From an uncultured delta proteobacterium (GTDB taxonomy: Bacteria > Desulfobacterota > Desulfobacteria > Desulfobacterales > JAFDCJ01): a stretch of DNA of 64,000 bases. The translations under genes were made by a program, and so were the position numbers. The stretch covers positions 1 to 64,000 of the forward strand of contig CAVYNY010000020.1 of NCBI GenBank assembly GCA_963769935.1. The letters run 5' to 3'. The notes under the pieces were generated by a model. That model searched no databases, had not been told where the DNA came from, and saw only the letters and a program-made list of their open reading frames with translations. Below, piece after piece: positions 1 through 13,093 of the stretch (position 1 is the first letter of the stretch; every line of letters starts with the position of its first letter).

Positions 1-215
1 TAATGTTGACGTTTTAAGCAACTAAAAACTTATTTAACACTTTTTAATAATTAATTAACTAATTTTAAGCTCACTCTGATGATATAGTATTACAGCGTTT
101 TAATTTATCCTTAATCTGGCTAAAAAAGGGAAGATGCTTTCTAATTGTAGGAAGCTCTTTTCAAAATGATAACCAGTAGTGTTGCTAACAACCTAGGGAA
201 TATAATTTTTAAAAT

Positions 216-2179
216 ATGATCTCCAGATCATCTTTAATTCGACTTCTTTCCTTGGAGTATTAATAATAAGTCTTATTGTTATTTTTAGCTGGGGAGCAGA
301 TTTCAAATTTTTCCTGGGAGTTTTCCCCGGTGCACCCAACCATGAAATTCAATACCGCCTTGCTTTTTCTACTTTCGAGTTTAGGCTTGCTGGTGACTAC
401 CATGGAGGATGAAAAATTCTCTTATTTAAATTATCTTTTAGGTTCACTTATTATACTTCTTAGCCTTACCACTCTTTTTCAATACATTACCGGGCTGGAT
501 TTTGGGATTAGATAATTTTTTATTTCAAGATGACTTTACTTTTAATTATCCTGGAAGGATGGCAAGGGCTACCGCATTTGCTTTAGCTCTTTTTGGGTTA
601 GCACTTATAAGTTCCAAGTTAAGCGGAAACCTTTCAGTGAAAATTACTAAATATTCGCTGGCCGTTATAGCCTTAATTGCTATCCTGGCAACCTTAACCT
701 ATTTCCTGCAGGCATTTTCATCTTATAAAGTTTTGATTTTTAATTCACTGCCTTTCATACGGCTTTAAGCTTTTTTATCCTTTCACTTGGCCTTTCTCTC
801 TAGTGATCCAAATAATAGTTATGTAGATTTGCTTTCGGGTGAAGAAACGGGAAGTAAACTGGCACGAAAGTTATTGCCTTTCCTAATATTGCTTCCGCTC
901 GCATTAAGTTTACTGTTATTATACATCATTTCCAAAGCAAGTTTTAATACCGAGTTAGGAATCACTATATATACTATATTCTATGCTATTTTTGGAATAT
1001 TTTTCACTTCCTGGGTGGCCTATAAATTAAATCGATCAGGATTCCGAAAGGCTTAAGCTCGAAAAATCCCTGCATAAAATAACAAGGAATTAAATAGAGA
1101 CCATTCGATTAAAAAAAGAGCTTGTAAGAACTTCTCCGGAAACCATAATGATCATTAATCTCAATGATTATAAAGTTCGTTATATCAATAGGGATATTAA
1201 TCCTGAAAGAGGGATTAAGTAAAGAACGTATTCTAGGTACGGATATTATCGACATTCTCCCATTCATTCATCCAAGGGATCGGGAAAGCGTTATCGACCT
1301 GCATAAGAAGTTATTGAAATCTTCAGATGATGATATTCATGATATTGAAATAAGGTTAAAACTTAATAGAACAGACTGGGAATGGTTTAGTGTTCGTGGG
1401 AAGGTTTTTAGAGGACGCAATGAGAACTGGATAGATGAATATGTTCTTCTTGTTAGAAATATTAATAAACAAAAACCACTCAAAGGCTTTATTGAATGTG
1501 AAAGTTTTCTATCCAGGGTGAACTTGCCAGGATGCTGGCTCATGAACTTAGAAATCCCATTGCCAGTATTGGTATGGCCACAGAGGTATTGGGGCATAAA
1601 GTAGGTAGCACACAAAAAAAAGAATTAAAGAACTATTTTGAAATTCTTGGCAGAAGTGCAAAGACCTTAGATAAACTGGTAACCAATATATTGAATTCGG
1701 CTAATTATTCACCCTGTGTATTAAAGGAAGAGGATCTTGCTTGCATAATTGATTCCAGTAGAAAAAGCCTCAGATAGGATATATCTTTCAGGTGTCACCA
1801 TCATTAAAAATTATAAGAAGGAGTTATCCTATTCTGGCGATAAGGAAAACTCGAAATGGCTTTAGTAAATATTCTAGTAAATGCAAGTGAAGCGGTAGTC
1901 CCGGATGAAGGAATATTGAAATTGGAATTGAAGATAATACAAACGATTTCAATTGAGCATAAGTGATAATGGTCACGGTCTGGAAATGACCAGATAGATA
2001 AACTCTTTGATGCGTTTTATACTAATAAGGAAGCCGGTGCAGGCATTGGGCTGAATTCAGTAAAGAATATTATGGAGGAGCATGATGCAAAAATTGAAGT
2101 GTGCAGCAAACCCAATCTGGGCGCGAACTTTAAATGTTTTTTCCTAAAATGAAAGCCTGAGGAAAAAAGCAACTTATGA
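216..2179 (+). CDS. Membrane-bound PAS-domain sensor histidine kinase, broken by several frameshifts (end approximate)
   Basis: Consecutive ORF pieces give hydrophobic helices (276-1056), a PAS-like segment (IHPRDR...WEWF), the H-box MLAHELRNP (1532+), and HATPase boxes readable in the DNA (N-ASEA, DNGHG, FDAFYTNK, GAGIGL). Confidence 0.8.
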
Positions 2180-2402
2180 ATCTCTTTAAAATTAAATCAG
2201 GTAGGTACATAAAGTAAGCAAAGATCTATATTTTTCACCCCGGTATCTCTTCTTTTCAAATTCACAATAACGGCATGTATCTCCAGGTTTTAAAATGATA
2301 AATTTAAGCAGTATTCATTTCTAAATATTTCATTTAAATATCAAAAATAAGAAGACGGAAAAAGGAGGAAATATCCTAGCCAACTGATTGTAAGTTAAAT
2401 AA

Positions 2403-2431
2403 AATTCCCGCTGAAGATTTTAACGGGAATT
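2403..2431. terminator. Hairpin between convergent genes, probable intrinsic terminator
   Basis: AATTCCCG...CGGGAATT inverted repeat with an A-run on the left, which would be a U-tail on the minus strand. Confidence 0.55.
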
Positions 2432-2490
2432 CTGGTAAACTTATTTTTTTGTTGAATCATAATGGGTACTCGACGCAAACTCTATAAATT

Positions 2491-5400
2491 CTATTTTATA
2501 AACTGAGTTTGATAAGTCTGATTATCAATCGTGACATTCAATATATATACACCTTCTATCCAGGAGGAATGATCTATATTCCACATGAGATTCGAGGTGC
2601 CGGCCATTATTGAAAAACTTTCTGATGCCATCTGTTGACCTGAAGAGTTATATACCACGGCAAGCAAAGAAGTGTCTCTTAAAGGTGCCATGAAATACAT
2701 CCCAACACCACTATCAACAGGATTAGGGGAAACATAAAGATCTCCGATTCAGAAGCTAATGCCATACCAGAAGCGCAATTAACCCCTGATGCATTTTGGT
2801 TAGTACTAACTTCCAATCCATTAGAATCGTTCCAGTAAACCACTATCTGAGTTTTACCTTTGCTAACGGTTCCACTTACAATTTGAATTGATTCTCCGCC
2901 TGCGAGGGTGAATGTTCCTGCTGAGTCTCCCGTAGATGAATTCTTTCTTAGTTCCCATCTGCCGCTAACTTCACAGTTGCCCGGATTTGAAATATTCCAG
3001 TATACAGTAGTATTTGTTGAACATTCTTCGGTAACCACTATTGTATCTACACCCTGACAGTTTGTAAGGGGACCATCTGTTCCATCACAATTCTGATCTA
3101 TTCCATCTACAGTATCATCCACTGCTCCGGGATGGACAGATGCCATAGTATCGTCACAATCTGTATTATCCAATATATAACCTGGATCAGGTGAACAGGT
3201 AGTTTGAGAAATCCCTGGGTCTCCATATTCATCACCATCGGCATCTAAATACCAGGTTTGAACTGCACCCATAGAGACATCGGTATCATCACAATCATTA
3301 GCATTGGAAACATAGCCAGATGGAGCTGAACACTCCTCAACAGTATTATTAGGATCGCCTAACCCATCAGAATCTGTATCGGCATACCAGGTTTGTGGCG
3401 TGCAGCTTCCGGTGACAGTTACAATTACATCATCACTGAATTCGGAAGTGTTCCCTTCAGCATCAGTAGCCGTAGCAACAATTATATCTCCTGAAACTAT
3501 TGGACTACCAACCAGGTTCGTTATTTGAATAGAAAGGTAATTATTACCTTTGAGGCTAACAAATTCATCAATTAGATAAGATCCTATATACTCCTTTCCC
3601 TGCCTATTACCGTCACTCTTGTAAACATCACATTTAATAGGATAAACTGAATAAGAAGGATGTGAATCCAAAATGAAGTTTAAGTCCAGATTTGTACCGT
3701 CATAAGCGGCACTATTTATTTCGGGGTAGTTCTGATAATTGTTCGCGCCGCTGTCAGAATCATTTCTATCATTTCTATCGTTTCGGTTATCCGGTCCTAG
3801 ATCAATTCCTATATTATTCCCAAACATTTTGTTTCCAGAAATCTTATTCCCTATTCCGGCTACTGCAACACCTTGCGTATTCATTCCAATAATATTCATC
3901 AAACCTGGATCTAGATCTCCAATTTGATTATTATTACCAGATATATAGATTCCTGATTTACCGTTAGGTAAAGGTGAAATTTCATCACCCTTAACTCCAA
4001 TTATATTTCCAAAGACTTCGTTGAAGGTTGAATTTGCTATATGAATTCCGTTGTCAGAATTACCTGAAATGATATTTCTACTACCCATTGCTGAACCTCC
4101 AATATGATTATTGGTTCCTCCTCCAATGATTACACCTATCCTATTTGGAATGGATCCAATTCCTTCGATATCAGTTCCTATATTATTAGCTTCAACAATA
4201 TTATTAGAACCACCACTAATTTCGATACCTATGGTAAAATTCCCAGAAATTAAGTTTCCTGCACCGGGTGTTCCAATTAAATTGTTTTGTCCATTTACTA
4301 TAATTCCGGTATCGTTCGGGATTGCAACTTTACCAGAGTAATCTGTACCTATAAAATTATTAACCAGAAGGTTATTATCATATTCTATATATATCCCGGT
4401 AGAATTACCAGATATCAGATTACCATCATACGTATTAGTTTCCCGAGCCCAAATACCATATCCATTAGGGACTTTTTCCGTGCCCTGGCTATTGGTTCCT
4501 ATGTAATTACCCTGTATAATATTCTCAAAACTGGTATAACCAATCTCTACTCCATATCTGGAATTCCCTGATATTATATTTCTATTTTCTGGATCAGAAC
4601 CTCCAACAAGATTATTAAATCCTACTAATACAATTCCATAGCTATTAGTAAGCGGAGTTTCTCCATCTGCCCCAACTCCAATATAGTTAGCCTGAATATT
4701 ATTATTATCTGAATTAACCAGAATACCTATTCCGGATTGAACGAGAGTATCCTTAACCTTTCCGAAATCTCCAATGATCAAACCGGTAATACTACTATTT
4801 GAACTACCTTTTAATAATGAAAGCCCTATAGCATTGGTATTTGTTATGGGAATATTTATTCCGGAGATAACAATTTGAGGTTGATCAAATGTATATCCAG
4901 CTTGAGTAGTACCATTTAACTCTATAGGCGCTATTATAGGTGGAAGTATGTCTCCAGGATTTATTTGATGTGGACCTTCACCCGGAATATTAAACTCAAT
5001 AATATCCCTAGCGAGGGTTTTATTTGCATTTTGTAGTGCAGCTCTAAGAGAACAATCCCCATTAATATCTTCACACTGGTTATCATATAGGTTGGCATCT
5101 GAAGTGTCCTCTATAGTATTAACAATGAATGTATTTTCACCTGAAGTTATAATTTCAAAAGAATTACTTTGTAGTGCTGGTAATCCTTCAACGCTGGCTT
5201 CTAGTTTATATAAACCTGGAGTATCAATTATTAAATCTTCAAAACTTACAGAGCCATTTTCAGCATTCCTCACCATATAGCCATTAATTTGTGCTCCAGT
5301 TTGATTAATATCTATAAGGTCTAAACTAACTTTTGAATCAAAATTGCTAAGATTTCCATTAATATCAAGAATATTGATGTTAATAGGAGCCATAGGCCAA

Positions 5401-7525
5401 CCAGTTTCTCCGTTCTGAACGATTTCTGAAAACTCTAAATGATCTAAAGCTAGGTTTGTATATGCGGTAATAGAAGCACTAAATTCAGAGGTGTTTTGCG
5501 CATTACATTTACTTCTTACCTGAAGCTCATACTGTGTAGAAGGAGACAGATCTTTTAAGGAATAGGAATTATAAAAAATATCTTCCACCAGGTTCCAGGT
5601 ATTGCTACCTGTAATTCGATATCTTAATTCATAAGCGGAAGCTTCCTGAATAGCATCCCATAAAATTTCTACGGAATCACTTTGAACATTTCCAATCTGA
5701 ATATTCTGCGGGATCGATGCCACTGTGCATTCTTCACCTGGAAGTACATTAACAGCATAATCTTCAACTTCACCATCACTGCTATTACCACACGGAGAAT
5801 TATTAATTGAATTGTTATCATATAATCGTATACGTAGCCTTTTTATACCCGGGAAGGTATTACTGGGAACTGTAATATTTGTTGAATATTGAGTAAGATT
5901 TTCTGAAGCCTCATAGACGAGTTCTGTAGTCTCGTCAAAAACCTGATCATTATTCCAGTCTACCCAGATATGTATTCCCTTGGTCACACTGGCACCGGAA
6001 ACAAATACTTCTATATCCTGACTTTCCTGCGGAAAGATACAGGTTGCTATATTAGAATAATCTGAATAAGGATTTTTACCAGAGCTATTTTCGATCTGGC
6101 CCAAAACAACTTTTTATCTATGCTTGCGTTTTCCTGGTTTTCTCCTAAAGCATCACAGAAAGCAAGTGAATTAGAATAATTGGCTACTGCTTTTTTGGTC
6201 TCGAGTATGGTTCTAACATTATTCGCTTTTAAGTCATCCCCTGTCTTAGCACCCAGATATTCCTGATTCGGATCTGAAAAATATGGGATTCGTACAGCAG
6301 AATATCCATCTTTATAGTATCTACCGGAATCATAACTCATAATACTACAGTACATCAAATCATCATCTGATAGCCACCTCCAACCGGCTGACCAGGTATT
6401 ATCTTCCCAGTTTATCCATGAGGTCGGCCCCGCCTGAAAATTTTGTGAACTGTTATGCATTGCTCCAAGATTATGACCTAATTCATGTGCAAATGTGGAC
6501 CCCTGGCTGGCAGATCTAACTCTGGTAAGAGAAAACGGGCTCGTAATTTCACCGTACCTATTATCTAATAAATAGGCCATTCCAGCTACATTTCCAGAAT
6601 CAGTAAAAATAGCTACCATATCGGCTCCAACATTTTTCCTTATATCATGTACCTCATCCATCTTTCCATCATTATCTCTATGTAGATCTTCAAGATGAAC
6701 CATAGAATCTGAAGACTCCTCGGTATAATTAACAGCACCCGAATAGACAAGGTTAAAAATCACTCCTAGGTTACTATTCGCTGCAGCGGTATTTGCAGAA
6801 GCAATTGCTGCAGAGATTGTATTATTAATACCTCCCTCGATTGCGGCCCAATTTGCAGCTTCCGGTGTATAAACAACCATAATATCAATCACTGTCTGTT
6901 CTGTCCCATCATAAGGATTACAAAATGATGTTGCAAAAGTGCTGGAATTAGTATTCGCGTGATCTCCCTGGATATTATCCTGAAAGGTTTGTTTTTTATT
7001 TTGAATGACTTCAGGAGATTTACAGGTCTCCTGGTCCTTTATCTTTTCAGGATCCAAAAGAAACAGATATGTCTCTCCTTTATTAGATTTTCTCGAAATA
7101 TACCGTTCATTTTTTTCCGGTATTTCCATAGTCATTAAGTAAGAATTAGGCGATATACTTAAATAGCCAAAGGAATATTTAAAATCATCAAGTTTTAATG
7201 TAAAGGTGGTTACTCCATTAATATCGGTTGTTTTATTAATTACTGAAGAATTAAAACTTTTATTCTGGAAGAGATCTAACTTAATTTTCTGGCCTTTCTG
7301 TAAATTCTTACTCAGAATATTTGAGTTAATTCGAAAGGTTCTAGCTCGTTTAGCCAACTTAAAAAAAGGATCCTGCTGATGTTTCTGCAATTCAATCTCC
7401 GGTCTGTTTTCAATACCATTTTCATTGATATTTATCGACTGAGCATTAGTAAATGAAAAGACGAACAGAAATAAAAAAATGAATAAAAAAAGATTAAACT
7501 TTTGAGAGAAGTAATTTGACTTCAT
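2491..7525 (-). CDS. Large T9SS-secreted protein: reprolysin-like (M12B) zinc metalloprotease, GEVED, FN3, CSLREA/beta-helix, D-rich metal-binding repeats and C-terminal sorting domain; two frameshifts
   Basis: Signal peptide; HELGHNLGAMH zincin motif with SIMSY Met-turn; DGEVEDY; FN3 (YELRYR...LSPSTQYELQVRS); CSLRAAL; repeated N-x-ISGN/IGT beta-helix turns; WYADTDSDGLGDP and WYLDADGDEYGDP repeats; C-terminus GVYILNVT...TQFIK. ORFs 6047-7525, 2679-6104 and 2491-2700 abut or overlap in different frames. Confidence 0.85.
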
Positions 7526-7812
7526 GCCTACAATTTTTTGGTTGGTTGGTATAAAACAATAGATAGAAATAATCCGGAATCATAGGGAAAACCGAAAATC
7601 TGGGTAAAATTTACCGTAGCATATTAAAAGTAGGCGAGCCCAATATAAATTTCTTTGTAATACTATAAAAGGGGAAAAACACCCTAATTACTTGATTTAC
7701 AGTTTTAAAGGATATTTAAAAGATGATTTAGTATAAATTTAACGAATTGTTTCAACCAAGCACCCCATGTAATATTAACTTTAGCTTAATTGACTAATTT
7801 TAAAATAATCCC

Positions 7813-8839
7813 ATGCGGACTTTTCATTTAGAATTAAATGAGGTTGATGATTTTATTCCGGAACTGGCCAAAAATTTAGGAATAGGATATAAAAATGAAT
7901 TGGGTGAGCACAATCTACAAATACCTGAAGAAATTGGTGTGGGTGAGATCACAGGTATCAATTTCCCTAATGGAATAGGTTTTTACACCTATTACCTCAG
8001 TTTTCAGAAGATATCAAGTTAAAAATTCATCAACCAAGTATCAAACCTCTAAGGTTTATCTATTGCATTGAAGGAGTACTGGAAAGTTATTTTTGCGATC
8101 CAGATGAAAAGGTTTGTATCCGGGACCATCAGCACCTAATTGCTGCTCCAGCTTCGGGTGAATCTCATACTTTGATTTTTGGAAAAGACTCAGATATTGC
8201 AATTTGCTACCTTGAAATTAATCGATTAAAATTTCAAAATTATCTATCTTTCAATTTAAATGAAGTCGAACCGGTTTTTATAAGATCTTTAGTGATGTGG
8301 AAGCAAACAACCGGATTTCTAAAGTGGGAAAATTTAGCCTGAGAACTTCTGATATCATCAAAGAAATAAAAACCTGTGATATCACCGGTTTTCCCCGTGT
8401 GAATTTTATCGGAGCCAAGGCCCTGGAAATACTAAGCTATATGTTAAGCCGCTTTAAACATTCTGAGAAGGATTTTTACAATAAAAATTTAAGCGAGAAA
8501 GACCTAAAAGCTATTCAGAAAGCCGTACAGCATATTAATGACCATATAGCTTCAGCAGGTACGGTTTATGAACTTTCCCAGATTGCCGGTGTGAACACCA
8601 ATAAACTACAGGAAGGTTTTCAAACGGTGTACGGGAAAACGGTCAATGAATATATTCGTGACATACGCTTAACCAAAGCTTTAAATATGCTTTCCTCCGG
8701 AAATAAAAATGTAAGCGAGGTTGTATATGAACTCGGTTTATCCAGTCGCAGCTATTTTTCCAAAATTTTTAAAAACAAATACGGAGTAACACCAAGAACC
8801 ATTCTTGCCCAAAATTCGGTATCGGTAAAAGAGGACTAA
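7813..8839 (+). CDS. AraC-family transcriptional regulator (frameshifted N-terminal half)
   Basis: C-terminal double HTH: ELSQIAGVNTNKLQEGFQTVYGKTV...VSEVVYELGLSSRSYFSKIFKNKYGVTP. Confidence 0.85.
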
Positions 8840-9502
8840 TATTTCAGCAGAACCTCTTTATACTTGGTTAAATCGCAAACCCGAAACCTATATTAAGTAG
8901 GATGCCCGATAAAAGAGGTAATAGAGTATTTTAAATTTCCAAAGCATAAGTTACTTTCTCCCGGCTTTCATAAGAGTAAACGAAAAATAAATCAATATTT
9001 TCATGGATATATCCTGTTCTATACAAAAGAATGGGAAGCTTAAAGTTAAATTAAAAAGGCAGTTATTTTTTTAGAACTTCCATGTTTGAAAATTTAATTG
9101 AAATAAAAGTATCCTCAATTTAAAGTAAAACAACACTCCCTAAATATGCATTTTAAAATTTATAACTCACTGAAAAAAAGGGGAATAATCCCCTTTTCTT
9201 ATATTTAAAAAAGATGTACTTTAGTAATTCAAGTAAATTGAAATCCCCACATAAAGAGCTCCTTTTGTTCCTGTAAACAGGAAATTAATACTCCCCCTTG
9301 AAGAAGAATTATTTATAATCAATTCATCAGTCATTCCATTTTTAAATTCATCAAAGATGGAAAACCGGTTAGAAAAGCGTAGTAAAAACTGTCTGGGGAG
9401 ATCCATTCATCAATCAACTTCACTCGTTTTCTTTTAAATTTTTTGAATTAGCCGTTCGACATTCCCGGATTTTCATCTTTTTTCAACACTCTATCCAATC
9501 TG

Positions 9503-9529
9503 ACCCCGACCTCATCAGTCGGGGTTTTT
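9503..9529. terminator. GC hairpin with T-tail
   Basis: ACCCCGAC-CTCATCA-GTCGGGGT followed by TTTT. Confidence 0.45.
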
Positions 9530-9611
9530 AGTACTTTTATTAGCCAGGTCTAATTCGTTAAGTTTTTTATTGTTCGTATCTTCATGGCCATTACACAACA
9601 AAACATATATA

Positions 9612-11771
9612 ATGAACCTACAAATCACGAAATGCCTGGCTGTGGTAACTCTAGCAGTAATCACCAGCTGTGCAAACAGCCCTGAAGCCTTAAATAAACC
9701 TGATACCATGAAAAATCCTTTACTGGAAAAATGGGATGGCCCTTATCAGGGCGTCCCCTCCTTCGACGAAATGCAAGTAGAAGACGTCAAACCAGCGATC
9801 AGAAAAGGAATGCAGCTTAAACTTTCTGAAGTAGATGAGATCACCTCTAACACCAATCCTGCAACTTTTGAAAACACAATTGTTCCTCTTGAGGAATCGG
9901 GAAAGGAGCTTGAAAGAGCTTTTGTTTATTATGGAATTTATAGCAGTAATATATCAAGTCCTGAATTCCGTGAGGTTCAAAAGGAATTAGCCCCGGAAAT
10001 ATCAGAATTCAATTCAAAGATCAGCCAGAACGAAGACTTGTTCAAAAGGATCAAAGCAGTCTACGAAAACTCTCAAAAAACACCTTTGCAAGACGAAGAA
10101 CAACGTGTAATTAACCTCATCTATGAGGAATTTGCTATGGAAGGAGCTAATCTGGATGAAGAAGCTAAGAAAGAATATGCCGAAATAAATAAGGAGCTTT
10201 CAGGTCTATACACTCAATTTTCGAATAATGTACTGGCAGACGAGGAGAATTATGTGACCTATCTTGATAAAGCTCAACTTGGAGGACTTCCGGAATCCTA
10301 TGTGAAATCTGCTGCACAGGCTGCCGCAGATCGTGGACAGGGAGGTAAATATGCCGTAACCAATACCAGATCTTCCATGGATCCTTTCCTTACCTACTCC
10401 TCAGAAAGGGATCTGAGAGAGAAGGTCTGGAAGAATTATTATTCCAGAGGAGACAACAGCGACCAATTTGATAACAATAAGATAGTTGCCAAAATACTGA
10501 AACTGCGTGACCAAAGAGTGGAGTTAATGGGATATGATAATTATGCGCAATGGCGACTACAGAACCGCATGGCAAAAACACCAGAAAATGCTATGGGACT
10601 TTTGATGAAAGTTTGGCCGGCAGCTCTTGCTCGTGTAGAACAGGAAGTGGCCGATATGCAGAAGATAGCTGATGAAGAAGGAGCTAATATTACCATTAAA
10701 CCATGGGATTACAGATATTATGCTGAAAAGGTAAGGAAAGAGAAATACGATCTTGATAGTGAGGAAGTAAAGCAATATCTGGAACTTGGTAATTTAACTC
10801 AGGCCCTATTCTTTACGGCCGGAGAACTGTTTAATTTTGAATTTACTCCTGTAAAAGAAGGAACGGTTCCTGTATTCCATGAGGATGTTAAGGTTTGGGA
10901 AGTAACCGATAAGGATTCGGGAGAAATTATTGGTCTATGGTATCTTGATCCCTACGCGCGAAAAGGGAAACGATCAGGTGCCTGGGCAACCACATATAGA
11001 AGCTATACCAAACTGGAAGGTGAGAAACCTGTCCTTGCCTCCAATAATTCAAATTTTATAGAACCTGCTCCGGGTGAACCCGTTTTGGTCTCCTGGGATG
11101 ATGCCGAAACTTTTTTCCACGAATTTGGACATGCTCTGCATTTCCTCTCGTCGAATGTAAAATATCCTACTTTAAATGGAGGAGTTAGGGATTATACTGA
11201 ATTTCAATCACAACTTCTGGAAAGATGGCTTTCAACAGATAAAGTGATCAATCAGTTTTTAAGGCATTATAAAACAAACGAGGTAATTCCAGATGAACTG
11301 GTAAAAAAGATCAGAAAAGCATCTAAGTTTAATCAGGGATTTGCAACCACAGAATTTCTGGCTTCGGCGATCATGGACATGAAGTATCATACTACCGATC
11401 CTTCAAATATAGATCCCGACACTTTTGAACGTGAAACGCTTAAGGAACTTAATATGCCTGAAGAGATCGTGATGAGACACCGTACACCTCATTTTGGGCA
11501 TGTGTTTTCTGGTGAAGGATACGCCACAGGTTATTATGGATATTTATGGGCCGATGTGCTTACCTCGGACGCTGCAGAAGCTTTTGCCGATGCTCCCGGT
11601 GGATTTTATGATAAAGAAGTGGCTCGGAAACTGGTGAAATATCTGTTCGCACCTCGTAATTCAATGGATCCCGCAGAGGCTTATAAAAAATTCCGCGGTA
11701 GAGAAGCTAAAATTGATGCTTTAATGAGAGACCGTGGATTCCCTATTCCTGAAGATAACGACCAAAAATAA
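9612..11771 (+). CDS. dcp: M3-family metallopeptidase (peptidyl-dipeptidase Dcp-like), lipoprotein
   Basis: HEFGHALH zinc motif, GKRSGAW, HFGHVFSG-GYATGYYGYLWA; lipobox-like AVITSC. Confidence 0.9.
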   Translation: MNLQITKCLAVVTLAVITSCANSPEALNKPDTMKNPLLEKWDGPYQGVPSFDEMQVEDVKPAIRKGMQLKLSEVDEITSNTNPATFENTIVPLEESGKELERAFVYYGIYSSNISSPEFREVQKELAPEISEFNSKISQNEDLFKRIKAVYENSQKTPLQDEEQRVINLIYEEFAMEGANLDEEAKKEYAEINKELSGLYTQFSNNVLADEENYVTYLDKAQLGGLPESYVKSAAQAAADRGQGGKYAVTNTRSSMDPFLTYSSERDLREKVWKNYYSRGDNSDQFDNNKIVAKILKLRDQRVELMGYDNYAQWRLQNRMAKTPENAMGLLMKVWPAALARVEQEVADMQKIADEEGANITIKPWDYRYYAEKVRKEKYDLDSEEVKQYLELGNLTQALFFTAGELFNFEFTPVKEGTVPVFHEDVKVWEVTDKDSGEIIGLWYLDPYARKGKRSGAWATTYRSYTKLEGEKPVLASNNSNFIEPAPGEPVLVSWDDAETFFHEFGHALHFLSSNVKYPTLNGGVRDYTEFQSQLLERWLSTDKVINQFLRHYKTNEVIPDELVKKIRKASKFNQGFATTEFLASAIMDMKYHTTDPSNIDPDTFERETLKELNMPEEIVMRHRTPHFGHVFSGEGYATGYYGYLWADVLTSDAAEAFADAPGGFYDKEVARKLVKYLFAPRNSMDPAEAYKKFRGREAKIDALMRDRGFPIPEDNDQK

Positions 11772-11793
11772 TTTACGGTTTTTATGAAAAATT

Positions 11794-11824
11794 AAAATGC
11801 CCTGAAGTGTCAGGGCATTTTTTT
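11794..11824 (+). terminator. Intrinsic terminator after the M3 peptidase
   Basis: AAAATGCCCTGA-AGTG-TCAGGGCATTTT followed by a T-run. Confidence 0.75.
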
Positions 11825-11836
11825 AATTTCGAATCC

Positions 11837-12421
11837 ATGCACAGACATTTTAAAATATATAAGCCTTATGGTTATTTGAGTCAGTTTATAACAAATCAAA
11901 AGCCACAGAAAAAGAACAGGTTATTGGGTGAATTATTTGATTTTCCTGAGGGCACTATGTCTATTGGCAGGCTGGATAAAGATTCTGAAGGGCTTCTACT
12001 ATTAACTACCAATGGCAAATTAAGCACGAAAATCACAGCCGGCAATTCTGAAAAAGAATATTATGCACAACTGGATGGAGAAATTTCAGCAGAAGAAATT
12101 GAAAGATTAAGAAATGGCGTGGAAATAAGTGTCAACGGCGAAAAATATCATACACTTCCCTGTAAAGCTTCGAAATTAAGTCATATTCCTGTCTTCCCCG
12201 AAAGAGCCAAAAAAATTAGAGATGAACGCCATGGCCCTACCTGCTGGATCTCTATAATTCTTACCGAAGGTAAATTTAGACAGGTTAAGAAAATGACCGC
12301 CGCAGTAGGCTTTCCTACTTTACGACTGGTTAGGGTAAGAATAGGAGAAGAATACCTCGATAATATGGATTCCGGAGAGGTTATAGAAAAAGAAAAATTT
12401 GACCTAACTCCTTCCGACTAA
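11837..12421 (+). CDS. RsuA/RluE-family pseudouridine synthase
   Basis: YKPYGYLSQF, GRLDKDSEGLLLLT (catalytic Asp), LTEGKFRQVKKM, PTLRLVRVRIG. Confidence 0.92.
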   Translation: MHRHFKIYKPYGYLSQFITNQKPQKKNRLLGELFDFPEGTMSIGRLDKDSEGLLLLTTNGKLSTKITAGNSEKEYYAQLDGEISAEEIERLRNGVEISVNGEKYHTLPCKASKLSHIPVFPERAKKIRDERHGPTCWISIILTEGKFRQVKKMTAAVGFPTLRLVRVRIGEEYLDNMDSGEVIEKEKFDLTPSD

Positions 12422-12458
12422 GGTTATATAAACTCAATCTTGTATGCTTTCCGAATAA

Positions 12459-12502
12459 AGCAATACGTACTCGTCAGGCTACAGGCAGCGCCACGTATTG
12501 CT
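12459..12502. other. Nanopore adapter remnants / chimeric junction 1
   Basis: AGCAATACGTA (12459-12469) and ACGTATTGCT (12493-12502) are the reverse complement and forward 3' end of the ONT ligation adapter (...GTTACGTATTGCT). They sit exactly where AT-rich DNA switches to GC-rich DNA. Confidence 0.85.
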
Positions 12503-13093
12503 GGTTTGCCACGCATCGGCGACGGCCGGCTTGAAGGTGACGACGAGCACGCGCTTGGCGCCAAGCCGTCTGGCAAGCTGGTAGGCGGTGAACGTCTTGC
12601 CAAAGCGCATCTTGGCGTTCCATAGGAAGCGCGGCACGGCGTGCATATCCTCCTGCCAGATGGAGTGGAAGTAGGCGTGCGTCTTGTTGACCGCCTCTTC
12701 CTGTTCGGCGCGCATGGCGAACGTCTCGTGGTGCGTGCCGCTGAAGCGCTGGCCGCTGCGCAGTTCGCTGATGACGGTCTGCACGTCGGCGACAGTGCAG
12801 CGCATCCACTCCAGTTCGACGTTCTCGAATCCCTTGTTGGCGAGCGCCGCGCGCACCTCGTGGTCGCTGAAGAAGCTGCCGTCGTCGCGCACGGCTGGTT
12901 CGTCCAGTTCGATCGTGTAATTCTTGATGGCCGCCGTCTTGAGCTGCTCGGCGACGCGCTGCTTGACGTTGCGCGTGGTTTGCCCCACCTTGAGCAGACC
13001 GGCGTGCGCCGCGTCGTCGATGGCGTAGGCGTAGATGCGCGGTTTGGCCTCCGGCTTGGGCGCTAGGATTTCTTCAATGGAGGGTTTACTCAT
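12503..13093 (-). CDS. GIY-YIG/T5orf172-like nuclease fused to an SF2 helicase (restriction subunit), 3'-truncated by the junction
   Basis: RIYAY...LLKVGQTTRNVKQRV...EW, then MRAEQEEAV (Q motif), LWNAKMRFGKT (Walker A variant) and VLVVTFKP. Its ATG overlaps the upstream stop (ATGAGTAA). Confidence 0.8.

Noticed and set aside
9221..9406. 61-aa ORF between the AraC and M3 peptidase genes
   Set aside because: No recognisable motif, and it is short enough to be chance in AT-rich DNA.
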